Of a stretch of 64,000 nt of DNA, positions 1 to 9,085 are shown in pieces. A model generated the notes under the pieces. That model saw nothing but the letters and a program-made list of their open reading frames with translations. It did no database searches and was not told the origin of the DNA. Each line of letters starts with the position of its first letter. The stretch's first letter is position 1. The translations under genes were made by a program, and so were the position numbers. Origin of the DNA: an uncultured Bryobacter sp. (lineage in GTDB: Bacteria; Acidobacteriota; Terriglobia; Bryobacterales; Bryobacteraceae); contig CAZECF010000019.1 of assembly GCA_964510335.1 (NCBI GenBank), forward strand, positions 1,187-65,186, in the 5' to 3' direction.

Positions 1-2139
1 AATGCCATCACGCTCTACTCCAACGCTTCCTCCTCTCGCCTCATGGCCAGCACCGACACGGAATTCGCCACCGGCCAATACTTCGCGCCCCTCACCGGCG
101 GCTCCTCCGATTGCACCTGGCACATCTCTCTCAACTTCGCTACCCTCGGCGTCCCTGCCATCCGTCAGATGTGGTTCACCTACGCGCCGCCCATCCCGGA
201 CGGCGCACCGCTCGACACCACCGAATGGCAGGCCACCTACACCAACTGGTCTCTCACCGGCCCTGCCGCCCAGCGCGAACTCAAAGTCGCCGGCCCCGAT
301 TCCGTCCGCGTCGAAGAGGATTCCCCCTGGTGCAAATACTCCGGTATCTGGCACCACCAGACTGGCTTTTACTCCGGCGCATTCGCGCAACGCAGCGCCG
401 ACCCCAACGCCACCCTCGACATCTTCTACGCCTGCAGCGCCCCCCACGATCTCTACCTCGGCACAACGCTGTTTGCCGACCGCGCCGAAGTCGCCGTCCG
501 TCTCGACAACGACACCGAAACTCTCCACAACTTCGCTGTCTCTGCCGAAGCTCCCATCTACACGCGCCGCCTCCTGCGCGCCAACGTCCCGGCCGGCCGC
601 CACGACGTCCGCATCCGCATGAACAATGCCCAGAACTTCGACTTCGATTTCCTCGAAGCTGCCGTCCTGTCTGACATCCCCGCTCCCCTGCCCGCTCGCA
701 CCAACGTGTCCCCGGCTTTCGACTACTCCACCGACCACACCTTCAAACTTCCCCCGGCCCGCACGCACTGGATCCTCGACCAGCTCGGCTTTGCCGGTCC
801 CATGAACGAATACATAGGCGTCTTCTGGTGGAACCAGCGCCACCGCGTCGACGCCACCATCCCCACCGCCACCATCACCTTCAACGGCAGCTTCGCCGTG
901 GGCGACCAGATCATCCTCGACATCGGCGGCAGCCCCATCGGCAAGACTGTTTTCGCTGGCGAATCCAGCGCCCTGCTCGCCCACCACCTGGCCTTCTTCA
1001 TCAATGAAAACCTGGTTGGCGTCTACGCGACGGTCGATGGCTCCACCCTCACGCTCACCAACCGCTCCCCCATGCCGGCCTATGCCTTCCCGCTCTCCTC
1101 CAGCGTCGAATCCACCTCCGGCAGCCTCACCATCACGGGCTCACTTGATAATGGCAACCCCGGCCGCTGGGATATCGACCTCACCCAAACTCCCCCTCTC
1201 AACCGTGCCGCCCGCGACTGGCATGCCGACTTCTGCGCCCAAGCCGCCGCCCGCTCCCGCGACCTCGTCATCGCCTGCTCCATGGAACTCGTCAATCCGC
1301 CCGCTGGCTTTGCCTCCCTCTTCCCCGACGGTGCCGAAGTGATCACCAGCGTCGGCTTCGCCAACCTCAGTTCCACCCATTGCACTTTCAACACCCCCAT
1401 GCGCGAATACCAGAAGCGGGTCTATCTCGAAATCGCCAACATCCAGGCTGCCGCCGGCCTCACTCCCAATCTCCAGTTCGGCGAATTCCTCTGGTGGTTC
1501 TTCACCAACTACAACGCCACTAGCAACCCCAACGGCGGCATGGCCTTCTACGACAGCGAAACTGCAGCGCTCGCCCTCACTACCCTCGGCCGCCCCCTGC
1601 ACCGCTTCCTCGGCCCCAATGATTCCCCCGCCGTCAATGGCGAAGCCGACGCAGTCCTGTTGCGCAACATCCTGCGTGACTACATCGCCGCCCTGCGTAC
1701 CCATGTTCTCGCCTCACACCCCACCGCAAAGTTTGAACTCCTCTACCCTTACGACGTCAACCACCCCACTCCCGTCGGCGTCTTCCAGCTCGGCGGCGCA
1801 CTCAATTGCTTCATCAATTTTCCTGTCGAATACCGCTCCAAAGCCGGTAGCGGCCTCGACACCCTCAAGATGGAAGCCCTCGATTTCGGGGCCTGGACGC
1901 GCTCGCTTGACCTCAGCCGCACCGCCATTGAATTCCCTATCAACCTCGGTTGGCCCAAGGATTCCCTCCGCTATCTCGTCCCCGTCTTCCGCGGCGGTGC
2001 AGCTTGGGAAAAGGAGTACCTGGAAGCCAAAGGCCTCGGCATCCCTGTGATCAACTTCTGGGCCTTTGACCACTTCAATCTCTACAACCTCAATTGCCGC
2101 GAGCCCATCGCCCTCGCCTACGTCCAGCGCAACAGCTAA
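1..2139 (+). CDS. Large hypothetical protein, 5' end probably outside the window
   Basis: Frame 1 is open from base 1 to TAA 2137-2139 (first ATG at 43). Amino-acid composition is balanced, whereas overlapping ORFs 2..622 and 111..674 are Pro/Ser/Arg-rich shadows. No family recognised by eye. Confidence 0.6.
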   Translation, partial: NAITLYSNASSSRLMASTDTEFATGQYFAPLTGGSSDCTWHISLNFATLGVPAIRQMWFTYAPPIPDGAPLDTTEWQATYTNWSLTGPAAQRELKVAGPDSVRVEEDSPWCKYSGIWHHQTGFYSGAFAQRSADPNATLDIFYACSAPHDLYLGTTLFADRAEVAVRLDNDTETLHNFAVSAEAPIYTRRLLRANVPAGRHDVRIRMNNAQNFDFDFLEAAVLSDIPAPLPARTNVSPAFDYSTDHTFKLPPARTHWILDQLGFAGPMNEYIGVFWWNQRHRVDATIPTATITFNGSFAVGDQIILDIGGSPIGKTVFAGESSALLAHHLAFFINENLVGVYATVDGSTLTLTNRSPMPAYAFPLSSSVESTSGSLTITGSLDNGNPGRWDIDLTQTPPLNRAARDWHADFCAQAAARSRDLVIACSMELVNPPAGFASLFPDGAEVITSVGFANLSSTHCTFNTPMREYQKRVYLEIANIQAAAGLTPNLQFGEFLWWFFTNYNATSNPNGGMAFYDSETAALALTTLGRPLHRFLGPNDSPAVNGEADAVLLRNILRDYIAALRTHVLASHPTAKFELLYPYDVNHPTPVGVFQLGGALNCFINFPVEYRSKAGSGLDTLKMEALDFGAWTRSLDLSRTAIEFPINLGWPKDSLRYLVPVFRGGAAWEKEYLEAKGLGIPVINFWAFDHFNLYNLNCREPIALAYVQRNS

Positions 2140-3194
2140 CCCAGATGCCGCGCCACGTGCGAAATGATGTGATAGCCCACCACAAACTTGAATGGCGATT
2201 CGCCCATCGTGTAGTGGCCGCACGGCAGTACCACCAGCTTGTGCGGCGCGCCACTCTGCTTCACGCAAGACAGGATCTCTTTGCTGTACTGCGGCAAAAA
2301 GGTCGTGTCATAAGTCGTATAGATAAACAGGTTCTTCTTCGCCTGGTGCTGTGCGAATTGTTCCATATAAAAGCGCGGACTCATTGAATCCCAAACCTGC
2401 TGCAACTGCTCCAGCGTCAGATTCTGTTCGAGACTCGCCTTGATATGCCGCGTCGATAATCCCGTCCACACCACATCGCCAAAGCGCGCTGAACAGTGGT
2501 TGAACACATTCACCTTCAGCCGCGTATCGTAAGCACTCGCCAGAAACGCATACGCTGATCCCAGGCTCGTTCCCACGATGCCGATATTCTCGTAACCCTG
2601 TTGCTCCAGCCAGTCCACGCAGGCCCGGATGTCATGCACCGCCTGCCGCGTTGCATGCAACGTCCGCCCGATATTGGAACTCACCGCATAATCGGCCCGC
2701 GTCAGGGGCGGCGGCATCCGCCGGTCATGATACGGCAGACTCAGCCGCAGCGACGGAATCCCCAACTTCTGAAAGCCCTGGCAAAGCGCCACATGCTGTT
2801 GCGCGTGCGAATTCCAGTGCGGCAACACCAGCACCGCCCGCTTCCGCCGGTTCTCTTTGCCCTCCGGCATCGGAAACCAGCGCGCCTCCACCAGGTTATT
2901 TTCCGGAAACGGCGTCTCCAGCGGCGAGGTGAACCGCAACCATTCCCCGTCCAGCGTAAAGTCCTTTGGCGTCCGGTGCTGATAGTATTCCGCCCCGTGC
3001 GCAATCGTCTTCAAATTCACTTCCGCGATCCAGCTTGCCGGGTCGTTTCCGTCATAGGGCCGCAGCCCCGGCAGCTCCAGATCCTTCAGCCATTCCACGC
3101 CCCATTCAAACGGGCGCACCACGCGGTCCGTCGACCGCGTTGCCAAATCTGTCTCCCAGCGGTCGAGCCAGCGCTCGTATCGGCGGCGCAACAT
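2136..3194 (-). CDS. alpha/beta-fold hydrolase
   Basis: 352 aa. Nucleophile elbow G-x-S-x-G in IGIVGTSLGSAYAF and overall alpha/beta-hydrolase layout. Family-level call only. Confidence 0.7.
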   Translation of the reverse strand: MLRRRYERWLDRWETDLATRSTDRVVRPFEWGVEWLKDLELPGLRPYDGNDPASWIAEVNLKTIAHGAEYYQHRTPKDFTLDGEWLRFTSPLETPFPENNLVEARWFPMPEGKENRRKRAVLVLPHWNSHAQQHVALCQGFQKLGIPSLRLSLPYHDRRMPPPLTRADYAVSSNIGRTLHATRQAVHDIRACVDWLEQQGYENIGIVGTSLGSAYAFLASAYDTRLKVNVFNHCSARFGDVVWTGLSTRHIKASLEQNLTLEQLQQVWDSMSPRFYMEQFAQHQAKKNLFIYTTYDTTFLPQYSKEILSCVKQSGAPHKLVVLPCGHYTMGESPFKFVVGYHIISHVARHLG

Positions 3195-3198
3195 AAAT

Positions 3199-4308
3199 CT
3201 AGGCGGCCTTCTCCTTCGTGCCAGCCAGCGGCACGTTATCCTTCACGTGATCCATCGTCACCATCTCGGAAATTGCCGCTGTCAGATTCGGGTTCCGCAG
3301 GTTCCAGATATACGCCTTCTGCATCGGCTTCAGGTCTCCCGGCACTGCCGCATTTAACTTCGACATATGCTCTTCCGGCGTCTGCCGCGGCGCCCGGAAG
3401 TTAAACGGCCGCGCGGACTTCATGGAGATCACGCCCAATCCCGCCTTCTTCGCTTGCGCCATCGCCCCGTCCACAAACGGCGAGTTCACCATGTTGTAGG
3501 CCACCATCGCCGCTGAATAAACTTTCGCCTTCACTGCCGCTTCCAGCACTCCGCCCGGATCAGTATGCGAACTCAAACCCAGATGCCTCACCTTGCCCGC
3601 CTTCTTCAGCGTCTCAAAAGCCTCGAAAATTTCGGGATGATGCAGCACTTCATACGGCGTATTCGCCCCGTGCGGGCACATCAACAAATCCAGATAATCC
3701 GTGCCCAGCTTGGTCAGTGTCTGCTCCACGCTGTCGATCACGATCTGCCGGTAATTCTTGCCCCGATCAATCCGGTTGCCATATTTCTCGGCCATCACGT
3801 TGGCCAGCGCCGACCCGTCCAGCTCGCCCCGCTGCCCGTTGAAGTAGTTCAGGAAATACTCGGGCGCGTCTGCCTTCCGGCGCGCAATCTCTTCCAGCGC
3901 CAGCCCGCGCAACCGCTTCTGCTCCGTCTCATCGAGCGAGGCGAAAATGTCCTGATACAGCTTGTTCCGGTTCAAATCCCAGATCGAAACCTTTGAATTC
4001 ACAAACACCGTATCGCGCTTGCGCTTCTTCAGCACTTCCGCATAGCCAAGCTCGCTCTGCCCGCCACCATAAGCCGGCGCGGTATCGAGATAATTCAACC
4101 CCATATCGATCGCCGCCAGCACATGGTCATGATTGGTCGGTGAAATCGTATTGCCGCCCATCACCATTTCGCTCACCATGTAACCGGTGCGCCCCAACTG
4201 CCGGTATGCCATACCCGACTGACGATTCCGCCATTCTCCCTTGGTTTGCGCGGAAGCCGGTGCAGCTTTCAGCGCCAGTGCGGTAGCAAAAAATTCGCGG
4301 CGTCTCAT
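3199..4308 (-). CDS. aldo/keto reductase with twin-arginine signal peptide
   Basis: 369 aa. N-terminal MRRREFFATALALKAAPASA (Tat motif). AKR-like blocks LGRTGYMVSE, LNYLDTAPAYGGGQSE, VRHLGLSSH. Confidence 0.8.
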   Translation of the reverse strand: MRRREFFATALALKAAPASAQTKGEWRNRQSGMAYRQLGRTGYMVSEMVMGGNTISPTNHDHVLAAIDMGLNYLDTAPAYGGGQSELGYAEVLKKRKRDTVFVNSKVSIWDLNRNKLYQDIFASLDETEQKRLRGLALEEIARRKADAPEYFLNYFNGQRGELDGSALANVMAEKYGNRIDRGKNYRQIVIDSVEQTLTKLGTDYLDLLMCPHGANTPYEVLHHPEIFEAFETLKKAGKVRHLGLSSHTDPGGVLEAAVKAKVYSAAMVAYNMVNSPFVDGAMAQAKKAGLGVISMKSARPFNFRAPRQTPEEHMSKLNAAVPGDLKPMQKAYIWNLRNPNLTAAISEMVTMDHVKDNVPLAGTKEKAA

Positions 4309-4313
4309 AGCCG

Positions 4314-6218
4314 TTAGTTTAACTGTTCAGAGACGGTTTCCCATTCGAGCATCAATGCCTCGATCTTTTCCCGCTCCGCCGCCGCCTCGCTTGCCAGCCG
4401 CTGGCTCTCCTCCGCGCTCGTGTAACTGGCAAGCTGCGTCTCATATTCCGCCACGGCTGCTTCCCGCCGCGCAATCTCGGCTTCCACTTCCCCCAACCGC
4501 TTTTCAAGCTGCTGCAGCTTCATCGGGTTCAGCCGCCTGGCCGTCACCGGCGCGACCTCCGCCGCTGCCTTCACCGCCTTCACCGTCTCAGCCGCCACCT
4601 CTACCGGCGCAATCTGCCGCGCCTTGGCCCGCAGAAACTCCTCGTAGTTTCCAGGGTAAGCCGTCACTTTCCCACCCGCCACTTCAAAGACCTTCTTCGC
4701 CAGCTCATCAATAAAGTAGCGGTCGTGGCTCACAAACACCACCGTCCCCTCATATCCCTTCAGCGCTTCGAGCAACACTTCCTTGGCCCGCATGTCCAAA
4801 TGGTTCGTCGGCTCGTCCAGCAGTACAAAGTTTGACGGCTGCGTCAGCAACTTGCAAAGCGCATAGCGGTTCCGCTCCCCGCCGCTCAATACTCCAATCT
4901 TCTTGAACACATCGTCTTCGCGAAACAGAAAGCACCCCAGCAAGCCCCGCAACTCCGTCGCCGTCGCCCGCGGTGCCGCCGCGCACAGATCATCCAGAAT
5001 TTCCGCCTCCGGGTCCAGCGCCTTGTACTGATCCTGCGCGAAGTAATCAAACTCCACGTTGTGCCCCAGCTTGTACTCGCCCGCCGTCAGCCCTTCGAGC
5101 CCCGTCAGCAACTTGATCAGCGTCGACTTCCCCGCCCCGTTATGCCCCACCAGTGCGATCCGGTCTCCCCGCTCAATCGTCAGGTTGACACTGTCAAAAA
5201 CCTTTTTCTCGCCGTAGCTCTTCGCCACTTCCTTGAACTCGGCCACAACCCGCCCGCTCGGCTTTGGCGACGGAAACTTGAAGTGGATGATCGGCTCCTC
5301 TTCCGGAATCTCGATCATCTCCATCTTCTCGAGTTCCTTCAGCCGGCTCTGCGCCTGCTTCGCCTTGGTCGCCTTGGCCCGGAAGCGGTCGACAAACGAT
5401 TCAATCTGCGCCACCCGGTCCTGCTGGTTGCGCTGCGCCGCCCGCAGTTGCTCCATCCTTTCGTCCTTCTGCCGCTGGTAATGCGTGAAGTTCCCCGTAA
5501 AGATCGTCACCCGCTTGTTCCACACTTCCACCACCTTCGATACCGTCACGTCCAGAAAGTAGCGGTCATGCGAGATCAGAATGAACGCGTTCGGATAATC
5601 GTGCAGATAGTCTTCGAGCCAGTTGCGCGCCTCCAGATCCAGATGGTTCGTCGGCTCGTCCAGCAGCAGCGCTTCCGGCTTCTCAAGCAGCAGCTTGGCC
5701 AGCGCAATCCGCATCTGCCAACCGCCGGAAAACTCCTCGCACGGCTTCTGCCACTCATCCTTGTCAAAGCCCAGCCCGGTGAGAATCGTCCCCACCTGCA
5801 TGTCGATCGTGTAGCCTTCCTTGGCCCGGAACTCGGCGTCCAGCCGCGAGAACTTCTCCGTCGCCGCCGCGTAGGCAGCGCCCTCCGGGTCCAGATCCGA
5901 CATCGACGACAGCGTCGCCTCCATCTCCCGCTCCACCTGCCGCAGCGGCTCAAACACGCTCGCGCATTCGGCAAACACACTGCGCCCCGCCATCCGCAAT
6001 CCGTCCTGCGGCAGATAGCCCAGCCGCATATTCTTCATGCGGGAAATTTCGCCCCCATCCAGCTGGTCCAGTCCCGCGATGATCTTCATCAGCGTAGACT
6101 TGCCCGTGCCGTTCGCCCCCACCAGCCCCACACGGTCCTTCGGGCCAATCAACCAGTTCACATCATCAAAAAGCACCTTCGGCCCAAAGCGCTTCTCCGC
6201 CTTTATAAGTTGAATCAT
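4314..6218 (-). CDS. ABC-F family ATPase (two ABC domains, no membrane domain)
   Basis: 634 aa. Two Walker A loops (GANGTGKST, GHNGAGKST), two ABC signatures (LSGGWQMR, LSGGERNR), inter-domain linker, C-terminal coiled coil, no TM segments. Confidence 0.9.
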   Translation of the reverse strand: MIQLIKAEKRFGPKVLFDDVNWLIGPKDRVGLVGANGTGKSTLMKIIAGLDQLDGGEISRMKNMRLGYLPQDGLRMAGRSVFAECASVFEPLRQVEREMEATLSSMSDLDPEGAAYAAATEKFSRLDAEFRAKEGYTIDMQVGTILTGLGFDKDEWQKPCEEFSGGWQMRIALAKLLLEKPEALLLDEPTNHLDLEARNWLEDYLHDYPNAFILISHDRYFLDVTVSKVVEVWNKRVTIFTGNFTHYQRQKDERMEQLRAAQRNQQDRVAQIESFVDRFRAKATKAKQAQSRLKELEKMEMIEIPEEEPIIHFKFPSPKPSGRVVAEFKEVAKSYGEKKVFDSVNLTIERGDRIALVGHNGAGKSTLIKLLTGLEGLTAGEYKLGHNVEFDYFAQDQYKALDPEAEILDDLCAAAPRATATELRGLLGCFLFREDDVFKKIGVLSGGERNRYALCKLLTQPSNFVLLDEPTNHLDMRAKEVLLEALKGYEGTVVFVSHDRYFIDELAKKVFEVAGGKVTAYPGNYEEFLRAKARQIAPVEVAAETVKAVKAAAEVAPVTARRLNPMKLQQLEKRLGEVEAEIARREAAVAEYETQLASYTSAEESQRLASEAAAEREKIEALMLEWETVSEQLN

Positions 6219-7774
6219 TCCTGCCTGACGATCACCTGTCCGCCGCGCTCGGCGGTCAACTTGTCACGCTCCACCGCCACCTTGCCATTCACCACCACGT
6301 ATTCAAATCCCGTGCTGTATTGATGCGGATTCTCAAAGTTCGCGTTGTCCCGCACCGCCTCCGGATCAAAAATCACCAGGTCCGCCGCAAAGCCTTCCCG
6401 CACCAGCCCCCGGTCCTTGAACTGAAAGATCTGGGCCGGTAGAGAAGTCATCTTGCGCACCGCATCTTCGAGCGTCAACACCTTCCGCAGCCGCACATAT
6501 TCGTTCAACACCCGCGCATTCGTGCCGTAGTTGCGCGGATGCGGTCGCCCCGCACCAAACTGCACCACCCCGCCATCGCTCGCCACCGCCGTGTTGCGAT
6601 ACCGCATGATGCTGGCTACATCTTCTTCACTCATCGCCTTCGTCACCACGCTCACCCCGCCCTTCTCCATCAGGTCGAGCACCGTTTCCACATCCGCCTC
6701 GTGCGATTCCCCCCGCTGGTTCATCTTCGAGATCTCGCGCAGGTTTTTGCCTTCATACTTCGGCTCAAAGCGGCAGCTCGCCACGCTCGTGTACTCAAAA
6801 TCGTCATAGCCCCGCCGCTTGTTGAAGGCCAGCGTTTCCTCGAAAATCTTCTTCCGCGTTGCCGGGTCCTTCAGCCGCGACACCAGCTTCTCCTGCCCGC
6901 CCTCGAGCGCCCAGTTCGGCAGTGTTGTGCCCAGCCCGGTCGAGTACGCAATGTAGGGATACTGATCCACCGTGATCTCAACACCACGCGCCCGGTAGTC
7001 TTCAAGCAGATCAATCATCTTCTGCGTATTGCCCCAGTAAGCCTTCGTATCCTGCTTCAGATGTGAGATCTGTACTCTCACATTTGCCAACCGCCCCACC
7101 TCGGCGGCTTCCCGCATCGCCTCCAGCACTCCTTCCCCTTCGTCCCGCATATGCGTCGTGTAGATGCCGTTATATTTTGCTGACACCTTTGCCAGCTCCA
7201 CCAGCTCTTCGGTCGGCGAAAACATGCCCGGCACATATTCCAGGCCCGTCGAGAACCCCACTGCTCCCGCTTGCATCGCTTTATCCACCATCGCCTTCAT
7301 CCGCTCGATTTCCTGTGGTGTTGCCTTGCGGTCTTCGCTCCCCATCACCTCGCGCCGGATGGAGTTATGACCCACCAGCGTCGCTACATTGAGGCCAATC
7401 CGCAACTCGATAAGCCGCGCAAAGAACTCCTTCAAGTCCAGCTCTGAGCCCCCACAGTTCCCCGTCACGACCGTGGTCACGCCATCCCGCAAAAAATTTT
7501 CGGCCTGTGGCAAGCGCACAATGCCGGCCTCGGAATGCGTATGAACGTCAATAAAACCGGGGCTTACGACCTTGCCCCCCGCATCGATCACCCGCTCCGC
7601 CGTCTTGCCCGCCAGTGCGCCAATGCGCACGATCCTGCCCGCTCGTATGCCAAGATCTGCCCTGTACCAGGGATTGCCGCTGCCGTCGATAACCTTTGCG
7701 TTGCGCACCAGTAAATCAAAATCGGCCGCACTGCCAACCAGCGCCAAACAGCCCAGCAAGAGAAAGCGGATCAT
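6215..7774 (-). CDS. N-acyl-D-amino-acid deacylase (D-aminoacylase) family amidohydrolase, secreted
   Basis: 519 aa. Signal peptide MIRFLLLGCLALVGSAA, metal-binding GFIDVHTHSE (HxH). 4-nt overlap with the downstream ABC-F gene. Confidence 0.8.
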   Translation of the reverse strand: MIRFLLLGCLALVGSAADFDLLVRNAKVIDGSGNPWYRADLGIRAGRIVRIGALAGKTAERVIDAGGKVVSPGFIDVHTHSEAGIVRLPQAENFLRDGVTTVVTGNCGGSELDLKEFFARLIELRIGLNVATLVGHNSIRREVMGSEDRKATPQEIERMKAMVDKAMQAGAVGFSTGLEYVPGMFSPTEELVELAKVSAKYNGIYTTHMRDEGEGVLEAMREAAEVGRLANVRVQISHLKQDTKAYWGNTQKMIDLLEDYRARGVEITVDQYPYIAYSTGLGTTLPNWALEGGQEKLVSRLKDPATRKKIFEETLAFNKRRGYDDFEYTSVASCRFEPKYEGKNLREISKMNQRGESHEADVETVLDLMEKGGVSVVTKAMSEEDVASIMRYRNTAVASDGGVVQFGAGRPHPRNYGTNARVLNEYVRLRKVLTLEDAVRKMTSLPAQIFQFKDRGLVREGFAADLVIFDPEAVRDNANFENPHQYSTGFEYVVVNGKVAVERDKLTAERGGQVIVRQE

Positions 7775-7780
7775 GTCGTG

Positions 7781-8626
7781 TCAGTTTACGAAAAAGTCAA
7801 AGCTGCGTGCGAGGAAGTCGCGCATTTCGTGCCGCGGCACAACGGCATCGAGGAAACCATGCGTCAGCAGGAATTCACTGCGCTGAAAACCTTCCGGCAA
7901 CTTTTGCCGGATCGTCTGCTCAATCACGCGCGGCCCCGCGAATCCAATCAGTGCTCCCGGCTCGGCGATATTCAAATCTCCCAACATCGCAAAAGACGCC
8001 GTCACCCCGCCTGTCGTCGGATCCGTCAACACGCTGATGTAGGGAATCTTCTTTTCGTCCAGCCGCATCAGGGCCGAAGAAATCTTGGCCATCTGCATCA
8101 GGCTCACCGCACCTTCCTGCATGCGCGCCCCCCCGGTTGCACTCACCACCACCAGCGGCTGCCGGCCTTCCATCGATCGCTCCACGGCCCGCGTAATCAC
8201 TTCTCCCACCACTGCGCCCATGCTGCCGCCAATAAACTTCAGCTCCATCGAGCACACATTCACCGTGTGTTCGCCAATCTTGCCCTGTGCGCTCAGGATC
8301 GCGTCCTGCATCCCCAACGCCTCCTGCATCCCGGCCAGCCGGGCGCGGTAAGGCTTCGAGTCAGAGAATCCCATCGGGTCCGTAGAAGTCAGGTCCGCAT
8401 CAAACTCCTGCCACTCTCCGGCAAAAAGAAGGTCCAGACGTTCTTTCGCATCAATGCGGAAGTGGTAGCCACACTTCGGGCATACTCGGCGGTTATCTTC
8501 CAGGTCTTGCCGGAAGATGATCTGCTTGCAGCCGTCGCACTTGACCCAAAGGCCTTCGGTCTTGACCGTGCGGTCCGCATCGCTGGGTGTATCGACCCCA
8601 GGCTTGTCTCGCTTGAACCAGGACAT
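7781..8626 (-). CDS. accD: acetyl-CoA carboxylase carboxyltransferase beta subunit
   Basis: 281 aa. N-terminal zinc ribbon CDGC...CPKC followed by a carboxyltransferase domain (GGSMG, GGARMQEG). Confidence 0.9.
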   Translation of the reverse strand: MSWFKRDKPGVDTPSDADRTVKTEGLWVKCDGCKQIIFRQDLEDNRRVCPKCGYHFRIDAKERLDLLFAGEWQEFDADLTSTDPMGFSDSKPYRARLAGMQEALGMQDAILSAQGKIGEHTVNVCSMELKFIGGSMGAVVGEVITRAVERSMEGRQPLVVVSATGGARMQEGAVSLMQMAKISSALMRLDEKKIPYISVLTDPTTGGVTASFAMLGDLNIAEPGALIGFAGPRVIEQTIRQKLPEGFQRSEFLLTHGFLDAVVPRHEMRDFLARSFDFFVN

Positions 8627-8638
8627 GAACCTACTAGT

Positions 8639-9058
8639 CTAGCGAGGATAGGGATGTCCGCGCAGTGTCGCAAAGGCTCGATAGATTTGCTCAGCCAACA
8701 TCGCCCGGGCCAATTCATGCGGAAATGTCATCGGCGACAAGGCCAGCAGCACATCGGCCCGCGGCTTCCACTCCGGCGGCAAGCCGTCATGGCCGCCAAT
8801 CAAAAACACCAGGTCTCGCCCCAATTGCTCATTGCCGGCCACAAACTCGATGAACTTTTCCGAATTCCACGCCTTGCCCGCCGGGTCCAGAAAGATCTTC
8901 TGTGCCGCCGCGTGCCGGCCAAACAGGTCGTATCGCCCCGGGTGAATCTCCCGCATCTCCACCGTTGCCCAGCGGCCCGTTCGCTTCAAAAACTCCGCCG
9001 CAATGGCGTTGGCGTGCTCATCGCGCGCCTTTCCGATAAAGAGCAGGTCTACTCGCAT
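8639..9058 (-). CDS. rlmH: 23S rRNA (pseudouridine1915-N3)-methyltransferase
   Basis: 139 aa, SPOUT-type. C-terminal LSPMTFPHELARAMLAEQIYRAFATLRGHPY is typical of RlmH. Confidence 0.85.
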   Translation of the reverse strand: MRVDLLFIGKARDEHANAIAAEFLKRTGRWATVEMREIHPGRYDLFGRHAAAQKIFLDPAGKAWNSEKFIEFVAGNEQLGRDLVFLIGGHDGLPPEWKPRADVLLALSPMTFPHELARAMLAEQIYRAFATLRGHPYPR

Positions 9059-9085
9059 TCTCGTTACTATAAGTATTCGCCTACA

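Noticed and set aside
7778-9085. 5' two-fifths of the 977-aa plus-strand ORF 7778..10711
   Set aside because: It runs antisense to accD and rlmH, which have unmistakable motifs. Its translation is Arg/His/Pro/Leu-rich. The real gene begins at ATG 9086 with an FHA domain.
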